Counted from the stretch's first letter, positions 1 through 10,905 are shown. The stretch is 58,959 nt of DNA from a virus (IMGVR_UViG_2541047708_000006), one strand, 5' to 3'. Notes: generated from the letters alone by a model not told the origin. Made by a program: numbers and translations.

Positions 1-483
1 ATGACGAAGAAAAAAGCACATAAACCTGGTTCAGCGACCATCGCGCTTAACAAGCGCGCCCGTCACGAATACTTTATCGAAGAAGAGTTCGAAGCGGGAC
101 TTGCCCTGCAAGGCTGGGAGGTTAAATCCCTGCGCGCAGGAAAAGCCAATATCAGCGACAGCTATGTCCTTCTGCGCGACGGAGAGGCATTTCTGTTTGG
201 CGCTAACATCACGCCAATGGCTGTGGCCTCCACGCATGTGGTGTGCGATCCTACCCGTACCCGCAAGTTACTTCTCAACCAGCGCGAACTGGACTCATTG
301 TACGGTCGCGTCAATCGAGAAGGCTATACCGTAGTGGCGCTCTCCCTGTACTGGAAAAATGCCTGGTGCAAAGTGAAAATCGGCGTCGCCAAAGGTAAGA
401 AACAGCACGATAAACGTTCAGATATCAAAGAACGCGAATGGCAGGTGGATAAAGAGCGTATCATGAAAAATGCCCACCGTTAA
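1..483 (+). CDS. smpB: SsrA-binding protein SmpB
   Basis: 160 aa ORF; translation matches recalled E. coli SmpB; immediately upstream of tmRNA gene. Confidence 0.97.
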   Translation: MTKKKAHKPGSATIALNKRARHEYFIEEEFEAGLALQGWEVKSLRAGKANISDSYVLLRDGEAFLFGANITPMAVASTHVVCDPTRTRKLLLNQRELDSLYGRVNREGYTVVALSLYWKNAWCKVKIGVAKGKKQHDKRSDIKEREWQVDKERIMKNAHR

Positions 484-697
484 ACCTATATAAGCGATAC
501 TAATCAAATCCTCACCGCGCCTCCCTATCCGGTGGCGCGAATGAACATCTTATCGACTGTCAAATCTGACACAGATGTAGCCATCCCATTGCTTAATCGA
601 AAAAAAATCATACTATGCAGGCGCTAATTCCAGGATGATAACGCCTTTTGGGCTAGTCATGCTGCTCATAAATCTGGTATACTTACCGTTACACATT

Positions 698-1060
698 GGG
701 GCTGATTCTGGATTCGACGGGATTTGCGAAACCCAAGGTGCATGCCGAGGGGCGGTTGGCCTCGTAAAAAGCCGCAAAAAATAGTCGCAAACGACGAAAA
801 CTACGCTTTAGCAGCTTAATAACCTGCTTAGAGCCCTCTCTCCCTAGCCTCCGCTCTTAGGACGGGGATCAAGAGAGGTCAAACCCAAAAGAGATCGCGT
901 GGAAGCCCTGCCTGGGGTTGAAGCGTTAAAACTTAATCAGGCTAGTTTGTTAGTGGCGTGTCCGTCCGCAGCTGGCAAGCGAATGTAAAGACTGACTAAG
1001 CATGTAGTACCGAGGATGTAGGAATTTCGGACGCGGGTTCAACTCCCGCCAGCTCCACCA
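698..1060 (+). ncRNA. ssrA: tmRNA (transfer-messenger RNA)
   Basis: Starts GGGGCTGATTCTGGATTCGACGGG, contains tag-reading-frame region, ends GGTTCAACTCCCGCCAGCTCCACCA; matches recalled E. coli ssrA. Confidence 0.95.
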
Positions 1061-1215
1061 ATCATGATTGGACGGTGTAAGGACAACACCAACAAAAACA
1101 GGATGTTAGCAGTCTCAGCAGGACACCGACCAGACGGTGAGGGGACAAAAAAGGATACGCAAAGGAGCCGCGGCTCTTTAGTTACATGAAAGCCCGCTAA
1201 TGCGGGCTTTTTTTA
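1034..1215 (+). repeat. Left copy of ~180 bp imperfect direct repeat (ssrA 3' end plus downstream terminator region); prophage attL
   Basis: Same sequence with scattered mismatches recurs at 57273-57451; about 90 percent identity by eye. Confidence 0.8.
1189..1215 (+). terminator. Rho-independent terminator downstream of ssrA
   Basis: Hairpin AAGCCCGC-TAA-TGCGGGCTT followed by T-run. Confidence 0.7.
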
Positions 1216-1228
1216 TGGGATAAGACAT

Positions 1229-2149
1229 ATGAACCAACTGCAAGAAATCATTCAGATACTAAGTACTGGTGATGAAGGCACAACAAATGCTCTCATAAAA
1301 ACGAAGATCCTTCTTTTCTCTATCGGGAAAAAGGAGCTTGCTGCATGGGTAAATCATGAGATAAACGGTTATCCTGATTCAGTTTCCCTTCCAGATTATA
1401 GAATTGTTGGCACAAGAATTCTTGCAGATCTGAATAACGGCGTTCGCCTATATAGAGCTTTTCCGTTACCGATTGGTTATCTAAGTGAAGATGACTATGA
1501 AGATGCTACAACCAGTAATGTGAGGCTTTCAATCAGTCAAATCGAAGAACTAGTGACCAATGCTGGTGATAGCCATGCTCTTCAGCAGCCAATTCCTTTA
1601 GATTACGCGTTAGTTAAGTACTGCAAAGGTATCGATAAAGGCTATGAGTTAACACGCTGTTATAAAGAGATCGCACTACATAACTTTACTTCCATCTTAA
1701 CTCAGGTCAGGTCACGGCTACTTGATTTTATACTTGAACTTTCTGATCAAGTTTCTGAAATACCAGATGAGAAAAACATGACAGAAAAACTTAAAAATAT
1801 CGACACGTCTTCATTATTCCATAACTCAATTTTTGGAGACAATACTGTCATAAACTTCGGAAATGAAAACTCATTTTCTGTGAATAACCACGTCGTAAAA
1901 AACGACACTGAGTCATTAAAAGAGTTTCTCTCAGCTCAGGGGTTCCCTAAATCTGATGTTAACGATTTAGAAATTGCTATTGGTGAAGATGGCCCGATAG
2001 CTAACAAACGTGGTGAATATGGTCAATCTGTTAGTAAATGGTTGGCAAATATTGCGAGTAAAGCAGCCCATGGTACTTTGGGCATAGGAATAGCTGCTGC
2101 AACTCAAGCAGCTACAGCGGCTCTGAAAAAATACTACGGTCTATCATAA
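1229..2149 (+). CDS. Hypothetical AT-rich cargo protein (306 aa), possibly abortive-infection-like
   Basis: Long ORF with ATG 14 bp after terminator; AT-rich codon usage unlike core genes; no motif I can assign firmly. Confidence 0.7.
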   Translation: MNQLQEIIQILSTGDEGTTNALIKTKILLFSIGKKELAAWVNHEINGYPDSVSLPDYRIVGTRILADLNNGVRLYRAFPLPIGYLSEDDYEDATTSNVRLSISQIEELVTNAGDSHALQQPIPLDYALVKYCKGIDKGYELTRCYKEIALHNFTSILTQVRSRLLDFILELSDQVSEIPDEKNMTEKLKNIDTSSLFHNSIFGDNTVINFGNENSFSVNNHVVKNDTESLKEFLSAQGFPKSDVNDLEIAIGEDGPIANKRGEYGQSVSKWLANIASKAAHGTLGIGIAAATQAATAALKKYYGLS

Positions 2150-2152
2150 CCA

Positions 2153-2197
2153 TCATGGGGTGTCGGGGGTCGGAGGTTCAAATCCTCTCGTGCCGAC
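2153..2197 (+). other. tRNA-Pro 3' fragment (anticodon-stem/T-arm/acceptor 3' strand), likely att remnant
   Basis: TCATGGGGTGTCGGGGGTCGGAGGTTCAAATCCTCTCGTGCCGAC matches recalled 3' part of E. coli proL tRNA; 5' half absent, CCA absent. Confidence 0.55.
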
Positions 2198-2212
2198 AAA
2201 AAATCCCTTAAG

Positions 2213-2240
2213 AACCAGCCTATTATGGCTGGTTTTTTTA
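2213..2240 (+). terminator. Rho-independent terminator
   Basis: AACCAGCC-TATTAT-GGCTGGTT hairpin followed by T7. Confidence 0.65.
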
Positions 2241-2407
2241 TGATTGTTTTTTATGCGGAGAAATACCGGGGAATAATTGGGGTAAAACACCTTTAGGCTA
2301 TTCACTTAGCCTACCACCATCAAAATCTTTCCGAATGTATCCATCTCTTTTTTCTTATGCAGCTAAAACGAAGTCTTGATACTGTTTATTTACACAGATA
2401 AGAATAA

Positions 2408-2427
2408 TACTGTCTACAAACGCAGTA
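2408..2427 (+). promoter_or_regulatory. Putative LexA (SOS) box
   Basis: TACTGTCTACAAACGCAGTA fits TACTG-N10-CAGTA; 14 bp upstream of dinI-like ATG at 2441. Confidence 0.55.
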
Positions 2428-2440
2428 CAAAAGAAGTGTT

Positions 2441-2688
2441 ATGCGTATTGAGATCTCCATAGCCAAAGACAAAATGACCAAATGCCAAACGGTGCTGTGG
2501 ATGCGTTAAAGGAAGAATTAACTCGACGCATCAGTAAGCGTTATGACGATGTAGAGGTGATCGTAAAAGCCACCAGCAACGATGGCCTTTCTGTTACGCG
2601 CACCGCCGATAAAGATTCAGCTAAAACTTTTGTTCAGGAAACTCTGAAAGATACCTGGGAGTCTGCTGACGAGTGGTTTGTTCACTAA
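2441..2688 (+). pseudogene. dinI-like gene with apparent -1 frameshift after codon 14 (ORF track shows only 2482-2688)
   Basis: ATG at 2441 encodes [14 protein letters not shown] (DinI N-terminus) then stops; the rest of the DinI-like protein (PNGAVDAL...[10 protein letters not shown]) continues in another frame from 2482; shift lies in an A-run. Confidence 0.55.
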
Positions 2689-3296
2689 TTAACACGTAAA
2701 ATCGGTAACGGCTGGAAATCATTCAATACTCGCACTATCGGAAGTTCACCAGCCAACCGCAGCACGTTCTTGCATACGACGTGTCTGCGGTTTTTCAACC
2801 ATTTAGATACAGCACTCTCATCGCATTCATTCTTCCGCATTAAAGTATATATGACCATATCACCTTAATATTTTTCTTCTTCAGATAAAAATTGTTATCT
2901 ATGTATACTTTTAAACCGAATCCGTGTAGAGTCTCTACCTAAGTTAGTTCACAGTTACCCCTTCAGTTTGCGCCATTAACCTCCTGACTTTTGCCGCTAT
3001 CTGTAAGCATTCCTGTATACCTGAAACTACAGGGGTCATCTACGAACTTTAAGAACACCCAGGATAAAAATTGTCAACTATATTATATATAACACCATAC
3101 TAATTCGAGGTTATATGAACAGCATACTGATAATCACTTCACTACTTATCATATTCAGCATTTTTGGTCATGCTCTAATAAAATTAGGGATTGGCATATC
3201 CAATAACCCGGACAAAACCGATGTATAAGTCAACATATCCTTAATCAGACATACAATATTGCAATGAAAACCAATAATATTTTAAGGAATATCTTC

Positions 3297-3530
3297 ATGA
3301 AATCAAAAGACACCCTAAAGTGGTTCCCTGCGCAGCTTCCTGAAGTCAGAATTATCCTGGGAGATGCTGTCGTGGAAGTAGCAAAACAGGGAAGACCTAT
3401 CAATACCAGAACATTGCTTGATTACATTGAAGGAAACATAAAGAAAAAGTCATGGCTGGATAACAAAGAATTATTACAAACAGCGATATCAGTTCTTAAA
3501 GACAACCAAAATTTAAATGGTAAAGTGTAA
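3297..3530 (+). CDS. YdfK/YnaE-like small protein
   Basis: MKSKDTLKWFPAQLPEVRIILGDAVVEV... resembles recalled prophage proteins YdfK/YnaE that sit next to pin in Qin/Rac; RBS AAGGAA before ATG 3297. Confidence 0.7.
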   Translation: MKSKDTLKWFPAQLPEVRIILGDAVVEVAKQGRPINTRTLLDYIEGNIKKKSWLDNKELLQTAISVLKDNQNLNGKV

Positions 3531-3904
3531 CCCCCCTGAAAAATAATTTTTTAATGCATTAAAAAATATCAACAACTACGTTATCCCTCAACAACCTACT
3601 TTTTTACCATTTTTCCACTTTAACAACATTTTGCTCCACTTTTCCACGACCAAACAACTTGAAATCTGGTTAAAATAACATACAACACTATTATTCGTCT
3701 TCCTCGAGTCCGCCCGGATTTCGAAAAACAAACCGAGTTAAAGCCATTTTTCAAAAAATCGATTTTGGGTTACACCAAAATTACGGGACTGCATCCGAAT
3801 TCGTTTATTTTCGAACGTATACATACAAATATGTACAATAATAAGCGAAATAATTTTTGGATATGCATTATGATATGTACACCAATTTCGTATAGAGTCT
3901 CACT

Positions 3905-4495
3905 ATGTCTCGAATTTTTGCTTACTGTCGGATATCAACTCTGGATCAGACCACCGAAAATCAACGCCGGGAAATCGAAAGTGCAGGTTTTAAAATCAAA
4001 CCTCAGCAAATAATCGAAGAACACATTAGCGGCTCAGCAGCAACCAGTGAGCGTCCTGGTTTTAACCGGTTGCTTGCTCGCCTGAAATGTGGTGATCAAT
4101 TGATTGTGACAAAACTGGATCGCCTTGGTTGTAATGCAATGGATATCAGGAAAACAGTGGAACAACTGACCGAAACAGGTATCAGAGTGCATTGCTTAGC
4201 ATTGGGGGGCATTGACCTGACCAGTCCAACAGGAAAAATGATGATGCAAGTAATTTCAGCAGTCGCTGAATTTGAACGAGACCTTTTACTTGAACGCACT
4301 CATTCCGGGATAGTAAGAGCCCGGGGCGCAGGGAAACGTTTTGGTCGACCACCTGTGTTAAATGAAGAACAGAAACAGGTGGTATTCGAACGAATTAAGT
4401 CAGGTGTAAGTATAAGTGCCATTGCCCGGGAATTCAAAACCTCGCGGCAAACCATTTTAAGAGCCAAAGCAAAACTTCAGACACCTGACATATAA
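3905..4495 (+). CDS. pin: Serine recombinase, DNA invertase (Pin/Gin/Hin family)
   Basis: 196 aa; N-terminal catalytic serine motif YCRISTLDQ; C-terminal HTH; adjacent to tail fibre genes. Confidence 0.9.
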
Positions 4496-4722
4496 AAAAT
4501 AATCTCGGTGTGAGATGCTTTACGTCTTCCAAGCCCCCTTCCTTGCCGTAAATGGAAAGATACATCTAATTATAGAATTTATATGTTTTACCCTACGGCA
4601 GTGCTGGCCATTCAATATCCTGTGCAGTTGACGTATCAACACGGTTCAGCAACACCCGATACTTTTTCCAGGCTTCCAGCAACGGGGTTTCTTCCTCCGT
4701 TGCATATACAGCTCACCTTTTT

Positions 4723-5016
4723 TCACCCACGATTAACCAACAGCCAGACCAGCAGACACGCCACCACCGGCACAGCAAAATCCATCAGGCTTGCCACATC
4801 CCAAGCACGCGGATCAAAACCGCCCCACCACGGCATATTCATTCGCTTGCCATGCCCGAACATTTCAATCCAGCGATATTCTGCCTGGGTATGTTCACGC
4901 GCAATGAAGAACGTACAACCGGCTATCGCTCCGTAAGCCCAGTTTCCGGTAAAAAGACCAACCAGTATCTGCGCAGCCACAGCACAAAGTGCATGAAGTA
5001 AGGGGCTTATATCCAT
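4723..5016 (-). CDS. Small putative membrane protein
   Basis: 97 aa with two hydrophobic segments; downstream of tail fibre operon. Confidence 0.5.
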   Translation of the reverse strand: MDISPLLHALCAVAAQILVGLFTGNWAYGAIAGCTFFIAREHTQAEYRWIEMFGHGKRMNMPWWGGFDPRAWDVASLMDFAVPVVACLLVWLLVNRG

Positions 5017-5028
5017 TATTTCCTCCTT

Positions 5029-5307
5029 TCAGCTCCATTCCCGAAGCGGTGTTTCCAGCTCCACGACATAATCAGAGAATACAGAAACATCAAACAAGTC
5101 ATCAAGAATGCGAATGTTGACAAAATAACCATCATTCCGGATACAGACAGGTTCTCCCTCTTCTGTTACCCCTGTTTCTGTGTAGGTGAAACCAATTTCA
5201 TCAACTAACAGTTTATTCTGGAGGTCTTCATCTTCCGCCCAGCCAAGAGATGACAGGAAGGCCTTAAACTGCAGTTTGTCATAAAACTTCAAAGTTAAAT
5301 CTTTCAT
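5029..5307 (-). CDS. Small protein downstream of tail fibre gene (possible fibre chaperone)
   Basis: 92 aa ORF overlapping the stf stop by 4 nt (coupled); not a canonical Tfa. Confidence 0.5.
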   Translation of the reverse strand: MKDLTLKFYDKLQFKAFLSSLGWAEDEDLQNKLLVDEIGFTYTETGVTEEGEPVCIRNDGYFVNIRILDDLFDVSVFSDYVVELETPLREWS

Positions 5308-7370
5308 ACGACCTCTTTTAATTGCCTGTCATTTAATTCTTTATGCCATATGCGGAAATTGCGAATATGGCCAAACAGATGTCGTTCTCCAGTATTCGTC
5401 TGCCCTCCAAATCGGATATTTTTATCAGCGGTCACGCCATTATATTCACAATAAACTTCATTAACCGCTTTACCATTTGTCACCACATGAAAGTGACCAT
5501 CAGCTTTTGCAATACATCCAAATGTGGTTTTCTCTGCAAATACATCTGTCGCTGCGCTATTAACATACGAGCCTGAAGGGTTTGACAGACTCATATATAA
5601 CTTACCACTACCTCTGTTGATTGCTGCAATTGCTGATTGCCCGGTATTGGCTGCTGCTATATCCCACACGCGGGGTGCGGCGTTTGGTGCAATATCCCAG
5701 TTTTTATGAATCTCAAGTAAAAAAGTAAATGGTAACTTATAAAGATTATTTCTGGTGGGGATACTAACCAAATCACTGGCTCTTGTCGTTGCGCTGCCTC
5801 CTGAAATAATAAATGATGATACACACGGCCCATTCTCTACTTGTGGGGTGGCAAGATAAATATAGTCACCAGATACTGTTGCCCCACCCTGCTCAGGAGA
5901 ATACTGTATCTGAGAGCCTATTTTTAACTCACCATCAATTGCCTGAATCGTTGCCTCTGCAAAAATCCAGCCTGTGGTCTTATCCTTCCTGACTCGTGCC
6001 GTAATTCTGCCGGCAGCACCACCTGTCATATTAATTTCAAGCGTTTGCGTATCAATGTACGCATCGCCAAGAAAAGTTGTTGCACTACCATCATACTTAT
6101 CAAACCGTATACGTAACCTTACCTGTCGTTCTGTTTTAAAACGGCATGAGGTTGTCACGTACTTGTTATCGCCTGAGACATCAACTGACTTTGTTGCAGC
6201 AATTGATGCCATATTAATAGCCGAAGTTTGCCCAACCAGAGAATCGTTGCAGACAAACTTTCCATAAGTAAAACCAAAACTATCCGTCCCGGTTTCGGGC
6301 ACATCCATGTTTGATGACTTCCCCCAGCTGGCTGGACTTTCCGAATTGAGCATGTAGTTCGTTCTTTGTCCCTCAATAAGCAGGCCATCACACTCAAATC
6401 GCGGCTCATTAATTTCCGCCGTTTTCAGTTCGCCAGATTTGTTGATATATGTTGCCGTTGATGCGCGACTGAAATTAACCTGTTTATCACTGGCGACCTG
6501 AACCACATCGTCACCAATAGCTATTTTTTTATAGCCCGGAGAAAAACCCGCAATCATATCCAGTGAATCGTTAAACGGTATCCACACATCAGGCAGCGGC
6601 GGCACTATATTCGCATAGGGCTCTGCAGTCACTTCCGCTGCGACTTCTGCGCGGTCTGCCGCCTTTTCAGCCCGTGTCGCTGCCGACAGAGCCTCATCCT
6701 TTTTCTGCCCGGCCTTTGTTGCGTCTGCTGCGGCCTCCCGCGCTTTTGTGGTGGCGACTCCGGCATTTTCAGCGGCTGACTCTGCATTACGGCGGGAAGC
6801 CTCTTCACTGTCTGCGGAGGCTTCTTCTGACGCACGGGCATTTGTCTCTGAACGTTCTGCCGCTGTTGCTGCGTTTTGTGCGGCTGTTTTTGAAGAAGCT
6901 GCCGCTTTCGCGCTGTTACCTGCATTCGTCTCTGATGTTTTCGCCGCATTCCTGGACGATGCCGCTGCTGTTTCTGATTTCTTTGCTGCCGCTGCGCTCT
7001 GAGAGGCGGCTTCAGCGTTGCGTGCCACCTCTTCCACCATCTTTTCAAAACGATACAGTGCCTCCGGACGAACATCATCTTCTGTTGCAGCGCCCAGAAA
7101 ATCATTCAATGTCCCCGGCTTAGAATCCTCATACACGGTGATAGCCCCGGCATGTGAAGGCGGAAAACCTTCAACCAGCAGGATAACGCTGTACTGGCCA
7201 TACTCGACATCCATGCTGTAACGTCCGGCTTCATCCGGATTTTCTGAGGCCACCGTGTTCACCACAACCGTGGTGCTGTTACGTTTTGCTTTGAGCTGAA
7301 TGGTGCAGTTCTGTATCGGTTTTCCTGCACCGTCTTTCAGCACGCCTGAAATCTGTACTGCCATATTCAC
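5304..7370 (-). CDS. stf: Side tail fibre protein (lambda Stf-like N-terminus, Ala/Ser-rich shaft, divergent C-terminal domain)
   Basis: N-terminus MAVQISGVLKDGAGKPIQNCTIQLKA... matches recalled lambda Stf; low-complexity Ala-rich middle. Confidence 0.9.
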   Translation of the reverse strand: MNMAVQISGVLKDGAGKPIQNCTIQLKAKRNSTTVVVNTVASENPDEAGRYSMDVEYGQYSVILLVEGFPPSHAGAITVYEDSKPGTLNDFLGAATEDDVRPEALYRFEKMVEEVARNAEAASQSAAAAKKSETAAASSRNAAKTSETNAGNSAKAAASSKTAAQNAATAAERSETNARASEEASADSEEASRRNAESAAENAGVATTKAREAAADATKAGQKKDEALSAATRAEKAADRAEVAAEVTAEPYANIVPPLPDVWIPFNDSLDMIAGFSPGYKKIAIGDDVVQVASDKQVNFSRASTATYINKSGELKTAEINEPRFECDGLLIEGQRTNYMLNSESPASWGKSSNMDVPETGTDSFGFTYGKFVCNDSLVGQTSAINMASIAATKSVDVSGDNKYVTTSCRFKTERQVRLRIRFDKYDGSATTFLGDAYIDTQTLEINMTGGAAGRITARVRKDKTTGWIFAEATIQAIDGELKIGSQIQYSPEQGGATVSGDYIYLATPQVENGPCVSSFIISGGSATTRASDLVSIPTRNNLYKLPFTFLLEIHKNWDIAPNAAPRVWDIAAANTGQSAIAAINRGSGKLYMSLSNPSGSYVNSAATDVFAEKTTFGCIAKADGHFHVVTNGKAVNEVYCEYNGVTADKNIRFGGQTNTGERHLFGHIRNFRIWHKELNDRQLKEVV

Positions 7371-7422
7371 TCCACAAATAAAAAAGGCGCCATTTCTGGC
7401 GCCCGTATCTGGGTTATAAAAT

Positions 7423-10400
7423 TCAACTGATACTGATACCGGCTGTAGATTTCTTCATCACAACAACAAGAAGGTCGCTGATACTGGTCGTTGGCGTCCA
7501 GTTATTAGCACCATATGAAGAAACATTGAAAGTCAGGGTGACATGGCCGTGTCCGGCAGGCATATCAATGACTGATGAAAATACCCTGCTGACATCCGTC
7601 GCGGGTTGCTGAAAGATTTCCTGTCCGTTCTTCAGTACCTGCAGCTTACAGGTTGAATACCAGTATGACTGTTGGTTGTTGCTGTTGAAGTTTTCATGCT
7701 TACCCCCACGAAACAGAACGGGGGGGACTACTATCTGACGGTCAAAAGCCTGGTCATCGTACACAGTGACCGTTATTGTACCGCTGGCATAACTGCCATT
7801 TCTCGGAAAGGCTTTTCCCACCGTTTTGACAATATCACCTTCAATCTGGTTAGCTGACAGTTTTCCCAGAATCCGACAGTTCTGATTAATCGTGACGTTG
7901 TTGAGCGTCCCGGAGTTCGCGTTCACGTTACCGCTGATATCCGCATTTTTCGCAGAAAGTCGACCATCAGGTGTCAGTGAAAACGTTGGGGGATTGCCAC
8001 CGCTGGTAATGGTGGGAGCCGTCAGATATTTCAGGAACACTTCGTTCATGAATATCTGATCGCCCTGCCCAACAAACATCGGCTTTGTGTTGCCATTCGC
8101 AGGATTAATCATCGCAATCCTGTCCGCCGCCAGCAGCACCTGACTCTGCATACCGTCAGGAGTATTCTCAATACCGGCACCAATACCCGCGATATAAAGG
8201 CGTCCGTCCTGCATCTGCTGCAGCTTCACAGCCCACATGCTGTTCAGGTTATTATTTGTATCAACCTGAACCTTCTGTATCTGCTGGATCGCTGCACTCT
8301 GGTCTTCCAGTTTCTTATTGACGGTCTGCGTGATTTCATTGCTGACACCCGTAATGGACGTCCTGATTTCAGCCAGGTCAGGCGCAAGCTGACCGTTATC
8401 AATCTGCGTCCACAACTCCTGAGCCAGATGGGTTTTCCCTATCTCTCCTTTGAAAAAATTCAGATAGCCGGATGCATCATCACTCGGCTGGCCAACAGCC
8501 TCCACAAATGCCGATTTGCCAACGGTGTTCACACTGCGGATGTAAAAATAATAATCATGGCCCGGTTTGATATTGATACTGGCGGCTATCCAGTACAGCG
8601 CCGTGCCAAGATAGCGTGCTGTGGTTTCAACCTGCCTGATATCCGCAATCCGCTTTTCCGAGAACCAGAACTCAAACTGTACCGTCGGATCATAAACCGC
8701 AAGATGCGGCGTGGCGGTTATCTGAAAATACCCCGGTGTCAGCTCAATCTGCGACGGCGCTGCCGGTGCGGCAATCCGGAACGATACCGATGCCGGATCG
8801 CCCTGCTGCCCCCACGCATTTACTGCCCGGACTGTCAGCCTGTAGTTCCCCAGCGCCAGTTGTGTGAAGCGGTATGTGGTTTCCGCCGTCCGGGCTGTGC
8901 TGACCAGCCGCTCACTGCCGTCATCCGCTGCCACGGTCAGGCGAAGCATGAAACTCACGCCCTTCACCACCTTCGGCGTGTCCCAGCGGGCCAGTACCTG
9001 ATACTCCCCGCTGTCTGCGGTGACTTCGGCAGTCAGGTGCTGCACTGCTGGCGGCGTGACACCATTCACCGTGCCGCTCTGGTCGCCGTCAAAGTGCGCC
9101 CCGTTATCCACGATGGCTTCTTTTTCCGGTACATGCTGCACGGCGGTGATGGCATACGTGCCGTCGTCGTTCTCACGGATACTCACGCAGCGGAACAGGC
9201 GCTGGCGCAGCGTCGGCAGCTTCAGCCCCCACACGCTGTATCCGGCAACGCCGTCAGGAACACGGCTAACTTTCACCTTCACGCCGTCGGTGACGGACTG
9301 GACCTCCACGCTGACCGGATTGCCATTTCCGTCAACCAGGCTTATCAGCGTGGTGCCGGAGGATGGCAGCATGATTTCACGGTCGAGCGTCAGTGTCCGC
9401 GCCTGGCTGTTCACCGCCAGCACGCGCCCGCCGATGCTGATACCCGCATAGTCATCATCGCAGATTTCAATGACATCGCCCGGTACATGGCGAAGCCCTT
9501 CTGCGCCCACGCTGAAGTCCACGGTCTGCGTTTCCAGCAGCTCCGTTTTAATCAGCCACAGCCCGGCGCGGTGTGCCTGCCCCCGACTGGTACAGCCAAA
9601 GGCATCCATCTTCGTGACGTTACGACCGTAACGGGCAATGGCCTGCGTGTCCTCCACAAGCTCTGTCGCCGTCTCCCAGCCGTTATCCGGGTCAATCCAG
9701 TTCACCTCAACGGCATTATGGCGGTCTTTCAGGGCGCTGAAGCTGTAGCGGAACGGCGCACCATCATCCGGCATCACCACATTACTGCAGTTATAGGTCC
9801 ACACCTTATCCGATGGTCGGTCCTGCACGAATGTCAGCGTCTGTCCGTTCCATACCGGCATACAGCGCATCGCCGAGCAGAAATCACTGAGCACATCCCA
9901 CGCCTTACGCTGTGTGGTCAGCCAGGCATTACAGGTGATGCGCGGCTCCGTGCCACCAAAGCCATCCGGCACCGACTGGTCGCAATTCTGGCCGATGACA
10001 TACAGCGCCCATTTGTCCACATCCGCCGCACCGAGACGTTTCCCCATGCCGTAGCGCGGATGGGTCAGCATATCCCACAGACACCAGGCCATGTTGTTGC
10101 TGTATGCTGGCTTAAACGTTCCGTCCCAGATACCGCTGTATTGCCGCGTCTGCGGGTTATAGTTCGACGGCACCTGCAGAATGCGCCCGCGAAGATGATA
10201 ATTACGGCTCACCTGCTGACTGCCGAACTGTTCCGAGTCCACCTGCACGCCGACCAGTGCCGTGTTCGGGTAGCACTGTTTCACATCGATGATTTCGGTG
10301 TATGACGACCAGAGCGTTTTGTTCTGCAGCTGGTCTGTGGTGCTGTCCGGCGTCATCCTGCGCATCCGGATATTAAACGGGCGCGGCGGCAGGTTACCCA

Positions 10401-10905
10401 CCACCACCGAGGCCAGATACTGCGAGGTGGTTTTGCCCTTAATGGTGATGTCTTTTTCCGTCACCCAGCCACCGTTACGCTGTATCTGAACCAGCAGGCG
10501 GACTTCCGACGGATTCCTGTCCCCCTTTGAGGTGGTTTCCACCAGTGTCTGCACGCCGAAAGTAAAACGCAGACGGTCAATGTTTGCCGACGTGATGGTC
10601 CGGGTGATCGGCGTGTCATATTTCACTTCTGTACCGAGCACCGTCTCGGAACCGGAGGATTCAAACCCCTCCGGCGGAGTCTGCTCCTGCTCACCTGCCC
10701 GGAACACCACCGTGACACCGGATATGTTGGTATTCCCCTCAGTGTCCAGCACCGGCGTACTGTTCAGCAGCACGCTTTTTAATCCATCCACCGGACCTTC
10801 AACCGGCCCTTCGCTGATGGCATCGATCACACTCAGCAACTGCGTGGACTTCAGGTTGTCCTTCGCTTCGCGCGGGGTATGCCCCTTACTGCTGCCTTTA
10901 CCCAT
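7423..10905 (-). CDS. J: Tail tip host-specificity protein J
   Basis: 1160 aa; lambda J-like over most of length; C-terminal receptor-binding region differs from my recollection of lambda. Confidence 0.95.
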   Translation of the reverse strand: MGKGSSKGHTPREAKDNLKSTQLLSVIDAISEGPVEGPVDGLKSVLLNSTPVLDTEGNTNISGVTVVFRAGEQEQTPPEGFESSGSETVLGTEVKYDTPITRTITSANIDRLRFTFGVQTLVETTSKGDRNPSEVRLLVQIQRNGGWVTEKDITIKGKTTSQYLASVVVGNLPPRPFNIRMRRMTPDSTTDQLQNKTLWSSYTEIIDVKQCYPNTALVGVQVDSEQFGSQQVSRNYHLRGRILQVPSNYNPQTRQYSGIWDGTFKPAYSNNMAWCLWDMLTHPRYGMGKRLGAADVDKWALYVIGQNCDQSVPDGFGGTEPRITCNAWLTTQRKAWDVLSDFCSAMRCMPVWNGQTLTFVQDRPSDKVWTYNCSNVVMPDDGAPFRYSFSALKDRHNAVEVNWIDPDNGWETATELVEDTQAIARYGRNVTKMDAFGCTSRGQAHRAGLWLIKTELLETQTVDFSVGAEGLRHVPGDVIEICDDDYAGISIGGRVLAVNSQARTLTLDREIMLPSSGTTLISLVDGNGNPVSVEVQSVTDGVKVKVSRVPDGVAGYSVWGLKLPTLRQRLFRCVSIRENDDGTYAITAVQHVPEKEAIVDNGAHFDGDQSGTVNGVTPPAVQHLTAEVTADSGEYQVLARWDTPKVVKGVSFMLRLTVAADDGSERLVSTARTAETTYRFTQLALGNYRLTVRAVNAWGQQGDPASVSFRIAAPAAPSQIELTPGYFQITATPHLAVYDPTVQFEFWFSEKRIADIRQVETTARYLGTALYWIAASINIKPGHDYYFYIRSVNTVGKSAFVEAVGQPSDDASGYLNFFKGEIGKTHLAQELWTQIDNGQLAPDLAEIRTSITGVSNEITQTVNKKLEDQSAAIQQIQKVQVDTNNNLNSMWAVKLQQMQDGRLYIAGIGAGIENTPDGMQSQVLLAADRIAMINPANGNTKPMFVGQGDQIFMNEVFLKYLTAPTITSGGNPPTFSLTPDGRLSAKNADISGNVNANSGTLNNVTINQNCRILGKLSANQIEGDIVKTVGKAFPRNGSYASGTITVTVYDDQAFDRQIVVPPVLFRGGKHENFNSNNQQSYWYSTCKLQVLKNGQEIFQQPATDVSRVFSSVIDMPAGHGHVTLTFNVSSYGANNWTPTTSISDLLVVVMKKSTAGISIS

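Noticed and set aside
31-334. Small ORFs overlapping smpB on both strands
   Set aside because: Nested within a conserved housekeeping gene; no independent support
4583-4936. 117-aa plus-strand ORF downstream of pin
   Set aside because: Overlaps the minus-strand membrane protein gene in antisense; proline/threonine-rich, no RBS
6629-7221. Several overlapping ORFs on both strands within the tail fibre Ala/Ser-rich repeat region
   Set aside because: Arise from low-complexity GC-rich repeat DNA; the minus-strand fibre frame is the only one with recognisable homology
3500-7450. Invertible tail-fibre segment controlled by Pin
   Set aside because: No hix/gix-like inverted repeats found by eye around the fibre 3' end or near pin; kept only as a low-confidence finding
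8428-10305. 625-aa ORF on plus strand inside gene J
   Set aside because: Antisense to a well-supported lambda-like gene; Arg/Cys/His-rich junk-like composition typical of an open frame in GC-rich antisense sequence
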